Below are positions 36,798-46,050 of a stretch of 64,000 nucleotides of DNA, in pieces. The number at the start of each line of letters is the position of its first letter. Positions within the stretch are counted from its first letter, which is position 1. Under the pieces are notes generated by a model. That model had not been told where the DNA came from. It made no database searches and was given only the letters and a program-made list of their open reading frames with translations. The translations under genes were made by a program, and so were the position numbers. Source of the stretch: Candidatus Omnitrophota bacterium (GTDB lineage: Bacteria; Omnitrophota; Gorgyraeia; Zapsychrales; Zapsychraceae); the NCBI GenBank assembly GCA_015233405.1, contig JADFXT010000004.1, forward strand, positions 100,470-164,469, in the 5' to 3' direction.

Positions 36798-38423
36798 ATG
36801 GAAAATAACGAGACCAAAGAGAAAAAACAGCTTAATTGCGCGATTTATACTCGCGTCTCCACCACTGAAGGCTTGGAGCAACAATTTACCTCCCTTGATA
36901 ACCAACGCGAAGCAGCTGAAAGTTACATTCAAAGCCAAAAATCAGAAGGCTGGACGGCATTACCGGAGCATTACGACGATGCAGGCTTTACCGGAGCCAA
37001 TACGGACAGACCTGCTTTACAGAAACTTGTTGAAGATATCAAAGCGCACAAAATTAACTGCGTTGTTGTCTATAAAGTTGATCGTCTGTCGCGCTCGCTT
37101 CTGGATTTCAGCAAATTATTGGAGTTCTTCGATCAAAACAACATTGCCTTTGTCTCTGTCACTCAGCATTTTAATACCAATACCTCGATGGGCAGGCTAA
37201 CCTTAAACATCCTCCTTTCGTTTGCCCAGTTCGAGCGGGAAATCATCAGCGAACGAACCAAAGACAAGATGGCCGCTTCCAAGAAGAAAGGGAAATGGGT
37301 CGGCGGATGCGTTCCTCTAGGTTATGACATCGATAGAGAAAACCGCAAGCTGGTCATTAATCCGGAGGAAGCAAAAATTGTGCGTGAAATATTTGATGCC
37401 TACCTCAAAGAAAGAACGCTCATGGCTGCCGTAGGGGTTATCAATGACAGAGGCTACGTAACGAAAAAATACCAATCGCTGGGAGGCAAAAAACGCGGCG
37501 GGATCAAATTTCAAGTAACATCAATTAATCAGATAGTCAAAAACGTATGCTACACCGGCAAGGTAAAGCACGATGGCATCCTATATCCTGGGGAACAAGA
37601 ACGAATTATATCCGACGAGGTTTTCACAAAAGCCCAGGAGCTGATAGCGGCAAATAGGCGCGTGTTTTTTAATAAGCCGAAGCACAACAAAATAAGTTTA
37701 CTTGGGCATATCCTACGCTGCAAAGATTGCGATGCTGTGATGAATATTTTTTATTCTGAAAAAAGAAACGGAAAATGCCGATACTTCCATTATGTATGCC
37801 TGAGCGCACACAAACGCGGCTACAAAACATGCCCTACCAAACTTGTGAACGCCAACCTTATGGATAATAAAGCCATGGCTTGCTTAAGATCTATTACGGA
37901 TGACCCGAGGATAAATAGCGAAAAGTGGGACGTTCTTGGGCTTGATAAAAAAATATTAATTATTAGATCAATTATTAAACAAGTCCGCTACAGTGGAGCC
38001 AATGAAATACTTGAAATCCAGCTACAAGACGATACGGTACATCAATTTAAGGTTTTAAAACAGGACTTGAAACAGGTCTCCCCTCTGTCAAAAGAACGCT
38101 TAATAAAGACCGAGCCGCAATTAAGGCAAAACCTGCTCCTTGCCCACCAGATCCAGAAACTTCTCTTCGAAGGGAAATCGAACAGTTTAAAACAAATAGC
38201 CGGATGGCTCAATATAAGCCCGCAAAGAATCAACCAACTAAGGAACCTTGTCCTCCTCTGCCCCAAAATTCAAGAAAACATCTTTCTGGGAGAAAGCTCC
38301 ATAATCTCCCAAATCCCCGAGTACAAGCTGCGAAAAATAACGGATACGATGGGTTGGCAGGAACAGCAGAATCTTTGGCAAAAACTGCTAAATACTGCCA
38401 GCGAACAATCCAAACATCTCTAG
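36798..38423 (+). CDS. large serine recombinase (integrase)
   Basis: The catalytic domain has AIYTRVSTTEGL...SLDNQ...VVVYKVDRLSRS. A recombinase domain and a zinc ribbon (CKDCDAVM...CLSAHKRGYKTC) follow, then a C-terminal coiled-coil region. Confidence 0.9.
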   Translation: MENNETKEKKQLNCAIYTRVSTTEGLEQQFTSLDNQREAAESYIQSQKSEGWTALPEHYDDAGFTGANTDRPALQKLVEDIKAHKINCVVVYKVDRLSRSLLDFSKLLEFFDQNNIAFVSVTQHFNTNTSMGRLTLNILLSFAQFEREIISERTKDKMAASKKKGKWVGGCVPLGYDIDRENRKLVINPEEAKIVREIFDAYLKERTLMAAVGVINDRGYVTKKYQSLGGKKRGGIKFQVTSINQIVKNVCYTGKVKHDGILYPGEQERIISDEVFTKAQELIAANRRVFFNKPKHNKISLLGHILRCKDCDAVMNIFYSEKRNGKCRYFHYVCLSAHKRGYKTCPTKLVNANLMDNKAMACLRSITDDPRINSEKWDVLGLDKKILIIRSIIKQVRYSGANEILEIQLQDDTVHQFKVLKQDLKQVSPLSKERLIKTEPQLRQNLLLAHQIQKLLFEGKSNSLKQIAGWLNISPQRINQLRNLVLLCPKIQENIFLGESSIISQIPEYKLRKITDTMGWQEQQNLWQKLLNTASEQSKHL

Positions 38424-38659
38424 TTTATTCTTCCCACATTAAGCCGATTTCCTAGTTTATACCTATATACTGATATTTATAATTCGACTAAATAGCTAAA
38501 ATTGGCATAAACTACCCGCTATAAACTACGAGATATTTCGCCATATTTTAAAGATATTCTTGATTAATATTTTACAATTTACCGCTGGAGATCTGAACGG
38601 AAGGTTTTACGAATATGCGCGAAAAAAATATTGCCCTAAGCCTTTGAAACAGCGCCAGA

Positions 38660-38695
38660 TAAAAAAATCCCTGATCGATTTTGTCAATCAGGGAT
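38660..38695 (-). terminator. intrinsic terminator downstream of tRNA-Glu (island side)
   Basis: ATCCCTGAT-N11-ATCAGGGAT is followed by TTTTTTT on the minus strand, about 38 nt after the tRNA 3' end. Confidence 0.6.
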
Positions 38696-38732
38696 TATAA
38701 ACTCTCTATCCTTCAAACGAGAGAGAACTTAC

Positions 38733-38810
38733 TGGTAGCCCCAACCGGATTTGAACCGGTGTTTTCTGCCTGAGAAGCAGACGTCCTGGACCAGGCTAGA
38801 CGATGGGGCC
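38733..38810 (-). tRNA. tRNA-Glu (anticodon CUC), CCA encoded
   Basis: The minus strand reads GGCCCCATCGTCTAGCCTGGTCCAGGACGTCTGCTTCTCAGGCAGAAAACACCGGTTCAAATCCGGTTGGGGCTACCA. The acceptor is 7 bp, the anticodon arm is TCTGC/TTCTCAG/GCAGA, and the T-arm is ACCGG/TTCAAAT/CCGGT. Confidence 0.9.
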
Positions 38811-38867
38811 GAAATTCTTTTCTTTGTTTACATCTTCCCCTCGAGACCGCTCTGCCGCGTTGCGGCA

Positions 38868-38911
38868 CTGGACTCCCGCTTCGCGGGACAGGCAGGCTAG
38901 ACGATGGGGCC
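38868..38911 (-). pseudogene. tRNA-Glu 5' fragment (nt 1-25) with a 19-nt hairpin inserted in the D-loop
   Basis: The minus strand reads GGCCCCATCGTCTAGCCTG[CCTGTCCCGCGAAGCGGGA]GTCCAG. The flanks are identical to the intact gene 57 nt downstream. No acceptor 3' strand or T-arm follows. Confidence 0.7.
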
Positions 38912-39089
38912 ATAAAATGAACGTTAGAATCATACCATATTTTTTCTTAAGGTCAACCTCAACTTTCCGGCTTCTCATCGACAGGCAAGGAGACATCAGT
39001 CCGTCGCCGAAAATCGGGATAAAGATTGACACCATTTTTAGCGAAGGATAGAATAAACATCAATTAAAGCAATTCAGGAGATCATTCGC

Positions 39090-40277
39090 ATGTCCGTACA
39101 TATCGGGATTGGTTTCAGCCAAGACTTAAACGCAGAACAAGCTGCTCGAGAAGCAGCTGAAAATGCGCAAAACAAGCTTGGCTTTGGGCGGATTGATTTA
39201 GCGATGGTCTTTAGCACGACCCACTATGATCCTCACACTGCGCTTTCTGCCATTCATAATACCATTCGCTGCTCCAAACTTATCGGGTGTTCCACCGCAG
39301 GAATCATCCTTGCAGATTCCATCCAAACTCGGGGGATTGCTGTTTTAGCCATCGCCTCCGAAGAAATAAAATTTGGAATAGGCCTAGCCAAAATCTTTGA
39401 TAAAACAGACTTATATCAAACTGGCATGGAATTTGCTAAAAACACATTAAAAAACTTTGGTTTCCAAGGACGGCAGGTTTTCCTTTCCTTCATCGACGGA
39501 AAGATCCCGGACCATTCTCCTTTCTTAAAGGGCCTGCAAGAAATCTTAGGCAATATTTTTCCTATTATCGGAGCAGGCAGCTCTGATGATTTTTATTTTG
39601 AGAAAACTTTCCAATTTTATCAAGACACCGCTTCCAACAACTCTGCGGTAGGGCTGATTTTAGGCGGACAAATGGGCATCGGGGTTGCTGGTCGTCATGG
39701 CTGGCGCCCATTAGGTAAACCGAGAATCATTACAGAATCAGATCAGAATATTATTAAAAAGATCGACGGAGAAAAAGCCTCTTTCCTGTATGAAGATTAT
39801 TTCCAAGGAGAAGCAGACAAACTCTATTCTTCCTTATTAAGCCAGATCACCATTCTGTATCCTTTGGGAATTTATGTAGAAGGAAACAAAGAATATCTTT
39901 TACGAAACCCTGTTAAAGTGCTGAAAGACGGTAGCATTGTCTGCCAAGGCGATATTCCTCCTGGCGCTGAAATCCACATCATGATCGGGAACAAAGATTC
40001 CTGCAAACAAGCCGCGCGAGAAGCCGCTCAAGAAGCCCAGAAAAATCTTTTGGGTAAAAAGCCAAAATTGATTATAATTATTGAGTCAATGACACGGCTG
40101 AAACTGTTAGGCCGCACAGCATTCCAAGAAATTGCCGGCGTCAAGGAAATCTTCGGCGACGATGTTCCGATGATCGGCATGTATTCTCACGGGGAAATTT
40201 GCCCTTTTGAATCTTTAGAAAAATTTAGGAAACCCCTCATCCAAAATGAAAGTATTGTTATCTTGGCGATAAGCTAA
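39090..40277 (+). CDS. FIST domain signal-transduction protein
   Basis: 395 aa. It has a FIST_N-like LIGCSTAGIILAD and a FIST_C-like second half (MIGMYSHGEICPF). It is the first gene of an operon with a histidine kinase and a response regulator. Confidence 0.65.
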   Translation: MSVHIGIGFSQDLNAEQAAREAAENAQNKLGFGRIDLAMVFSTTHYDPHTALSAIHNTIRCSKLIGCSTAGIILADSIQTRGIAVLAIASEEIKFGIGLAKIFDKTDLYQTGMEFAKNTLKNFGFQGRQVFLSFIDGKIPDHSPFLKGLQEILGNIFPIIGAGSSDDFYFEKTFQFYQDTASNNSAVGLILGGQMGIGVAGRHGWRPLGKPRIITESDQNIIKKIDGEKASFLYEDYFQGEADKLYSSLLSQITILYPLGIYVEGNKEYLLRNPVKVLKDGSIVCQGDIPPGAEIHIMIGNKDSCKQAAREAAQEAQKNLLGKKPKLIIIIESMTRLKLLGRTAFQEIAGVKEIFGDDVPMIGMYSHGEICPFESLEKFRKPLIQNESIVILAIS

Positions 40278-40285
40278 AATCCATT

Positions 40286-41755
40286 ATGGAAAATCCAGAC
40301 ATCATTATCTCTATTTTATCGGCCATCATTTTATCTCTGCTGATTGCCGTCATCGTCTTCGTGCAACAATTCCACAAATCCCAAGAATCCCTGAAAAAAT
40401 TAAAGGATTCCTTTGAACGGCTTGATGAACAAGCCAAGCTGATTGTCAAAACAGATCTCGAGCTCAATAAAGCCCAAGAGGAATTGGATAAACGTTTAAA
40501 CGGCTTAGACGCGCTCCAGAAAACATCCCGACGGATCACAACAACTCTGGACGAACAGGAGATCTTCCAACGGCTAGATAAATCGATGATCATTAATTTC
40601 GGGTTTGAAAAGAACCTTGTTTTTATTCATGATAAAACTGGTAAATTACAACCGCGCCTGAATTTAGGATTCTCAGACAAAGACGTTCTGACCATCATTG
40701 CCCAAATTGAAAAAGATACAAGCATCATCAACACTCTTAAGGAAGGCCATACCATCTCCTCGGCAAACGCCCAGCACCAGCGTAAAGAATTCCTGATGCG
40801 GTTGTTAAACTCCAATTATTTTGTCCTGGCGCCGATTCTCACAAAAAATGGCATGATCGGGATTGTTTTTGTCGGCAATAGCGCCTATGCCGAGACTGTG
40901 ACGGAAAGTGACGAGGAAATTGTTTCCATCTTAGCCAGCCAAATAGGCCAGGCTACTGAGAATGCTCGGCTTTTTGAAGAAGCTTTTCGTGCAAGCCAAA
41001 TCCTCGAAACTAAGGTCCACGAGCGGACCCAACAGTTAGCGTCCGCATTAGAAGATGTCCAAAATATCAGCAAATCCAAATCAGAATTTATTTCTTCCGT
41101 GTCCCATGAACTTCGCACCCCCTTGACCTCCATCAAAGGTTATGCGTCGATCCTCATGGCCGGAAAGCTCGGCGAAGTGCCTGAAGAAGTCCGAAAACGG
41201 TTAGAAAAAATCAATATCCATTCAGACAACCTTGTCCAATTTATTAATAATCTGTTGGATATTTCCCGTATCGAATCCGGACGCGTTGAAATGAATATGA
41301 CAAAATGCGCTCTCGCTGCTATCATCGAAAATGTCCATGATCTTTTAACGCCACAGCTCAAAGATAAAAATATTGAATGGAAGACCGATATTGACCCTAA
41401 TATTCCAGACATGCTTTTAGACCAACACCAGGCGGAACGTATTTTTATTAATCTTATCAGTAATGCCATTAAATTTACCCCCCCGGGCGGCATCATCATG
41501 GTCAAAGCTCATGCGAATTCTCAGGTGGTCGCCGTGACGGTTTCCGACACGGGCATGGGAATCAATGAAAAAGACATCCCAAAATTATTTGACGAATTTT
41601 ATAGAGTCGACAACGAGATCAACCAGCAGGTCAAAGGGACCGGTCTAGGATTAGCGCTCGTTAAAAAAATCGTTGAGGCCCATAGAGGAAGGATCTGGGT
41701 CACAAGTCAATTGAACAAAGGTTCAACATTTCATTTCACATTACCCATCCAATAA
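40286..41755 (+). CDS. sensor histidine kinase (TM, coiled coil, GAF-like, HisKA, HATPase_c)
   Basis: It has the H-box SHELRTPLTSIKGY, the N-box LISNAIKFTPPGG and the G-box GTGLGLALVKKIVEAHRGRIWV. Confidence 0.9.
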   Translation: MENPDIIISILSAIILSLLIAVIVFVQQFHKSQESLKKLKDSFERLDEQAKLIVKTDLELNKAQEELDKRLNGLDALQKTSRRITTTLDEQEIFQRLDKSMIINFGFEKNLVFIHDKTGKLQPRLNLGFSDKDVLTIIAQIEKDTSIINTLKEGHTISSANAQHQRKEFLMRLLNSNYFVLAPILTKNGMIGIVFVGNSAYAETVTESDEEIVSILASQIGQATENARLFEEAFRASQILETKVHERTQQLASALEDVQNISKSKSEFISSVSHELRTPLTSIKGYASILMAGKLGEVPEEVRKRLEKINIHSDNLVQFINNLLDISRIESGRVEMNMTKCALAAIIENVHDLLTPQLKDKNIEWKTDIDPNIPDMLLDQHQAERIFINLISNAIKFTPPGGIIMVKAHANSQVVAVTVSDTGMGINEKDIPKLFDEFYRVDNEINQQVKGTGLGLALVKKIVEAHRGRIWVTSQLNKGSTFHFTLPIQ

Positions 41756-41770
41756 CAGAAGGAATCCCTG

Positions 41771-42700
41771 ATGAAAAGAGAAAAAATTATTACCATCGAC
41801 GACGATCCGGACATTTTAGATGTCCTGAACCTCACGTTATCCGAACATTATGACGTTTTTCAAGCCAGTAATGGCAAAGAAGGATTGGCCGTCGTCGAGC
41901 AACATTTTCCGGATTTGATCATCTGCGATTATATGATGCCCATCATGAACGGACGGGAATTCTCAAAGGCATTAAAAAAAGATATTCTGCTCCAACACAT
42001 TCCGCTCATCATGCTGACCGGAAAAGGCGAGGTCAAAGACCGCATCGACGGGATTGAGGCCGGCGTGGATGACTATATTGTTAAACCCTTTTCCCCGGAT
42101 GAACTGTTGGCTCGAATTAAAATGATCCTCAGGCGCACGGTCCGCAGCCTCGACGCAAACCCGTTAACACATTTGCCAGGAAACACCTCTATCATGGAGG
42201 AATTCCAAGAACGCATCGCTAGCGGCACGCCGTTTGCCATTGGCTACGCCGATTTAGATAAATTTAAAGCCTATAACGACATCTACGGCTTTGAAAAAGG
42301 CGACATCGTCATCCGAGAATTAGCGCGTATCCTGATTAAATGTGTCCGCGAAGTCGCCGGGTCGAATTCTTTTATCGGACATATCGGTGGGGATGATTTT
42401 GTGTTTATCGCGGAAGACAATCTTGCCGACGAGATCTGCGAAAAAATCATTAAAGACTTCGACAATAAAATCCCTTCCTTCTATTCTAAAGAAGATTATG
42501 AAAGAGGGTACATCCTCGCCAAAGACCGTCAAGGCAATGAACAACGCTTTGGGCTTTTAGCCGTGTCAATCGGGCTCGTAAGCACAAAACGTCAGAATAT
42601 CACGCACGTCGCTCAAATCGGTGAGATTGCGGCAGAACTGAAAAAGTATGCGAAGATGACGGAAGGCAGTAATTTTGTAAGAGATAAAAGAACTTATTAA
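41771..42700 (+). CDS. response regulator with a GGDEF-type domain (GGDDF variant)
   Basis: The receiver has DLIICDYMMP and a conserved K (VKPF). The GGDEF domain has YADLDKFKAYNDIYGFEKGD and HIGGDDFVFI. Confidence 0.85.
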   Translation: MKREKIITIDDDPDILDVLNLTLSEHYDVFQASNGKEGLAVVEQHFPDLIICDYMMPIMNGREFSKALKKDILLQHIPLIMLTGKGEVKDRIDGIEAGVDDYIVKPFSPDELLARIKMILRRTVRSLDANPLTHLPGNTSIMEEFQERIASGTPFAIGYADLDKFKAYNDIYGFEKGDIVIRELARILIKCVREVAGSNSFIGHIGGDDFVFIAEDNLADEICEKIIKDFDNKIPSFYSKEDYERGYILAKDRQGNEQRFGLLAVSIGLVSTKRQNITHVAQIGEIAAELKKYAKMTEGSNFVRDKRTY

Positions 42701-42766
42701 GATTTACTACAATTGCGGATTTAATCCGATAGGATCTTTTCTTTTACGACAATTCTGTTTTAAAAA

Positions 42767-42985
42767 CTAATTTCCTGAAATATCCAAATTCCGTGGAGCA
42801 TCCCCCATAATTCCATTAACGGTCTTATCAAAATAAATGTTGGCAGCCTGGGTTGTCCGAGGAACATATGTTTTAAGCCCGACAAGAACAATGCAGACCA
42901 CGACAGCCAAAAGCAACATATATTCAAAAGCGCTTTGTGCTTTCTTAGAAGAAGCGAGATGACTAAAAATAAAATGGGCTCTCAT
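42767..42985 (-). CDS. class III (archaeal-type) signal peptide pilin-like protein
   Basis: 72 aa. KKAQSAFEYMLLLAVVVCIVLVGL matches the class III prepilin pattern (K/R-G/A-Q-S/A-x-x-E-Y/F followed by a hydrophobic helix). Confidence 0.55.
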   Translation of the reverse strand: MRAHFIFSHLASSKKAQSAFEYMLLLAVVVCIVLVGLKTYVPRTTQAANIYFDKTVNGIMGDAPRNLDISGN

Positions 42986-43074
42986 AAATCTTTCCTTAAA
43001 GTAACATCCTTTATTTTAAATATACCACAGAATTTATAACCTATCCATCCAAAGCCTGAGACAAAAACCATTTC

Positions 43075-43782
43075 CTAGCCCAAGCTTCTTAAATATTTTA
43101 CAGCTTCTCGAGGATTACTCGCGCCAAAAAAATAACTGGCTGTAGCAAAAATATTCGCACCGGCCTTAACGGCCTCCGGAGCCGTATCTTTATTGATGCC
43201 TCCGTCGACGGCAATATCCCCAAGGAATTGATGGCGCAATTCCTGAATTTTAGGCAACGCAACCGGCATAAATTTTTGTTTCGCAAAACCGGGATTGACC
43301 GACATGATCATCACCCCATCCAAATCATCTAAAACGCTATGAATACACAACGGCGTTCCCGGATTCAGGACCATGAAAGCCTTCTTCCCTCGTTCTTTGA
43401 TCCTTAAAATATCCTGCCGGGCCATTTCCGTATCAATTGCATCAACTTCCTTAGGAAATTTATCCACGCCTTGCGACTCAAGCCGAAGCTGGCCGTAACA
43501 TTCTGCGTGAATGGAAATGATATCAGCGCCTGCATTAATAAAATGGTCGATCTGCATAAACGGATGCTCGACCATCAAATGCGCCTCAATGGGAAGTTTG
43601 GTCAAAGGCCGAATCGCTTCAACGATCAACTGTCCAACCGTAATGACAGGGACAAAATGACCATCCATCACGTCGACGTGGATCATGTCAATGCCGGCGT
43701 CTTCACATTTTCGAATCTCATCTCTGAGATTTGTGAAATCCGCACAAAGAATGCTAGCTCCAACTTGAATAGATTTTGTCAT
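43075..43782 (-). CDS. rpe: ribulose-phosphate 3-epimerase
   Basis: 235 aa. It has IHVDVMDGHFVP, and HLMV and VNPGF motifs. Confidence 0.9.
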   Translation of the reverse strand: MTKSIQVGASILCADFTNLRDEIRKCEDAGIDMIHVDVMDGHFVPVITVGQLIVEAIRPLTKLPIEAHLMVEHPFMQIDHFINAGADIISIHAECYGQLRLESQGVDKFPKEVDAIDTEMARQDILRIKERGKKAFMVLNPGTPLCIHSVLDDLDGVMIMSVNPGFAKQKFMPVALPKIQELRHQFLGDIAVDGGINKDTAPEAVKAGANIFATASYFFGASNPREAVKYLRSLG

Positions 43783-43842
43783 GGGAACTTTCTTAAAAAA
43801 TTTGAACTATTTAAAATAGTTTATAAGTGGGAAGAATTAAAC

Positions 43843-43913
43843 TGCGCGGGGTGGGACTTGAACCTGCCTGCCGGCAGGCAGGCCCACATGGATTGCTCCA
43901 CACGCCCATCAAA
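43843..43913 (-). pseudogene. tRNA-Leu 3' fragment (nt 32-82) with a 20-nt palindrome at the T-stem/T-loop junction
   Basis: The minus strand reads TTTGATGGGCGTGTGGAGCAATCCATGTGGG[CCTGCCTGCCGGCAGGCAGG]TTCAAGTCCCACCCCGCGCA. It matches the intact gene except for one anticodon-loop change and the insert (43863-43882). Confidence 0.75.
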
Positions 43914-43949
43914 AATACCTGCAGTCAAACTCTTAACACCCACCTTAAA

Positions 43950-44195
43950 TTAATCCTTTAATAACCTTAATTTAATCCATTCTTTACCTATACCAGATTT
44001 CAAATATTTCTCTCGTTTTCTTGCATCAATTCTTGAAAAAAACAATTCAACATTAATTAACTGAAATGGTCTGTAGGCCCTTGTTTTCTTATTATAACCT
44101 TTTTGATGTTGTTCAAAACGCCTTTTAACATCATTTGTTAATCCCACATAAATATACTTTCTCAATTTACTAAAAATAACATAAACATAATACAT
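43950..44195 (-). CDS. small GIY-YIG nuclease family protein
   Basis: 81 aa. It has YYVYVIFS...YVGLTNDVKRRFEQH...KREKYLK (GIY-YIG motifs, conserved Arg and Glu) and no extra DNA-binding domain. Confidence 0.85.
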   Translation of the reverse strand: MYYVYVIFSKLRKYIYVGLTNDVKRRFEQHQKGYNKKTRAYRPFQLINVELFFSRIDARKREKYLKSGIGKEWIKLRLLKD

Positions 44196-44226
44196 GAAAC
44201 TATTTCATTGGGGGGAGTTTTCAAAC

Positions 44227-44308
<82 letters not shown>

Positions 44309-44343
44309 TTAGAAAAACATCAAATCAATCCCGAACCTGACAA

Positions 44344-44411
44344 TGCGCGTCTACCAACCTGCCTTCGGCAGACAGGCCTGCCTGCCGGCAGGCAGGTTCC
44401 GCCACCCGCGC
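44344..44411 (-). pseudogene. tRNA-Leu 5' fragment (nt 1-29) with two hairpins (39 nt) inserted in the D-loop
   Basis: The minus strand reads GCGCGGGTGGCGGAA[CCTGCCTGCCGGCAGGCAGG][CCTGTCTGCCGAAGGCAGG]TTGGTAGACGCGCA and then diverges. The fragment starts 6 nt after the pyrG stop. Confidence 0.75.
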
Positions 44412-44416
44412 TTAGA

Positions 44417-46045
44417 TCAACTATTCTTACTATTTAATTTCTTATCTTTATTCAATAACGCCGCTTCAATAAAATTCTTAAATAACGGATGGGCCCTATC
44501 CGGCTTGGACTTGAATTCCGGATGGAATTGACAACCCACGAACCACGGATGACCTTTAAGCTCGACCATCTCAACTAAGTCCTGCTGCGTATTGATTCCG
44601 ACAAAACAAATACCTTTTTTCTCAAAAGTCTTTTTGTATTCATTATTAAATTCATAACGATGGCGATGGCGCTCGGAAATATTTTCTTTTTTATACGCCT
44701 TAAAACTGAGCGAATTCTTTAAAATCTTGCAAGGATATGCGCCCAAACGCATAGAGGCGCCTAAATTCTTAACGTGTTCCTGCTCTTCCAAAAGCGAGAT
44801 CACCGGATAAGCGGTCTCTTTGTTAAATTCCGTCGAGTTGGCGTTCTTAAACCCACACACATTTCGCCCAAACTCAATACAGGCCACCTGCATTCCAAGA
44901 CAAATACCAAAATAAGGAATAGTATGTTCTCGCGCATACCGCACGGCCATAATTTTTCCTTCGATACCACGATCGCCGAATCCGCCGGGGATGAGAATCC
45001 CGTCGGCATCGTGAAGGCGCTTCGCCACATCTTCTTTTTCTAAAACCTCAGAATCCACTTTAATGATATTGACCCGCGCGTCATTGGCGATCCCGCCGTG
45101 TACAAGCGCTTCATAAATAGACTTATACGCATCTTGAAGGGCGACATATTTCCCGACGACATAAATAGTCACTTCATGGCTCGGGTTCTTTAATCGCTTA
45201 ACGACCAGATCCCGCCAATCCCTGAGCTCTTTTTCATCGCTCTTTAAATGCAACTTTTTTAAAATCAGCTGGTCCAGTCCTTCTTTTTGAAAAGACAACG
45301 GCACTTCATAAATATGTTTCACATCAATCGCCTCAATGACGGCATCCCGGTCGACGCTGCAAAACAACGCGATCTTGTCCCGCTGATCTTTTGTGATACC
45401 TTTTTCCGTACGGCATAACAAGATATCCGGCGAGATCCCGATCTCGCGTAACCGCCCGACGCTGTGCTGTGTAGGTTTGGTCTTCTGTTCGCCAGCGGCT
45501 TTGATATATGGCAACAAAGTCACATGAATATTAAGCGCATAGAATTCCCCTAATTCCCAACGAAGCTGTCGAATCGCCTCTAAAAACGGCAAACTTTCAA
45601 TGTCGCCGATCGTCCCGCCGATCTCAACAATGGTCACATCCACGTCATTTTCTTTAGACGCCTTGACCAACCCGCGTTTGATCTCATCGGTAATATGCGG
45701 AATGATTTGAACGGTCTTGCCTAAATAATCTCCGCGTCTTTCTTTAGTAATGACGGTATAATAAACCTTCCCCGTCGTAATATTACTGTCCTTAGAAATA
45801 TGCGCATTAGTAAAGCGTTCGTAATGCCCTAGATCCAAGTCCGTCTCCGCTCCGTCGTCGGTAACATAAACCTCGCCGTGCTGGAACGGATTCATGGTGC
45901 CGGGGTCCACATTAAGATAAGGATCGCATTTGATCATGGCGGTCCTAAGCCCGTGGGCCTCCAATAATTTTCCAATCGATGCAGCAGCGATTCCTTTTCC
46001 CAAACTTGAAACAACGCCTCCTGTAACAAAGATAAATTTGGACAT
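44417..46045 (-). CDS. pyrG: CTP synthase
   Basis: 542 aa. It has the N-terminal [17 protein letters not shown] and a glutaminase domain with GICLGMQ and HRHRYEFN. Confidence 0.95.
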   Translation of the reverse strand: MSKFIFVTGGVVSSLGKGIAAASIGKLLEAHGLRTAMIKCDPYLNVDPGTMNPFQHGEVYVTDDGAETDLDLGHYERFTNAHISKDSNITTGKVYYTVITKERRGDYLGKTVQIIPHITDEIKRGLVKASKENDVDVTIVEIGGTIGDIESLPFLEAIRQLRWELGEFYALNIHVTLLPYIKAAGEQKTKPTQHSVGRLREIGISPDILLCRTEKGITKDQRDKIALFCSVDRDAVIEAIDVKHIYEVPLSFQKEGLDQLILKKLHLKSDEKELRDWRDLVVKRLKNPSHEVTIYVVGKYVALQDAYKSIYEALVHGGIANDARVNIIKVDSEVLEKEDVAKRLHDADGILIPGGFGDRGIEGKIMAVRYAREHTIPYFGICLGMQVACIEFGRNVCGFKNANSTEFNKETAYPVISLLEEQEHVKNLGASMRLGAYPCKILKNSLSFKAYKKENISERHRHRYEFNNEYKKTFEKKGICFVGINTQQDLVEMVELKGHPWFVGCQFHPEFKSKPDRAHPLFKNFIEAALLNKDKKLNSKNS

Positions 46046-46050
46046 GGGTT

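Larger units (their letters stand above)
18959..38732. mobile_element. integrative island at tRNA-Glu (serine recombinase type) carrying defence and packaging modules
   Basis: DUF2924 and a large serine recombinase sit next to the tRNA-Glu 3' end. There is a 9-bp direct repeat at both ends. A tRNA-type terminator lies just outside the distal repeat. 19.3-35.5 kb is visibly more AT-rich than the flanks. The cargo is phage-like and defence-like. Confidence 0.55.

Noticed and set aside
18959-38732. Calling the island an intact prophage.
   Set aside because: I could recognise no portal, capsid, tail, lysis or replication genes. Only TerS-like, TerL and ParB-methylase genes are present.
38713-39051. 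ORFs 38713..38913, 38796..39035 and 38803..39051.
   Set aside because: They overlap the tRNA-Glu gene, its 5' fragment and GC hairpins. They have no Shine-Dalgarno sequence or motif.
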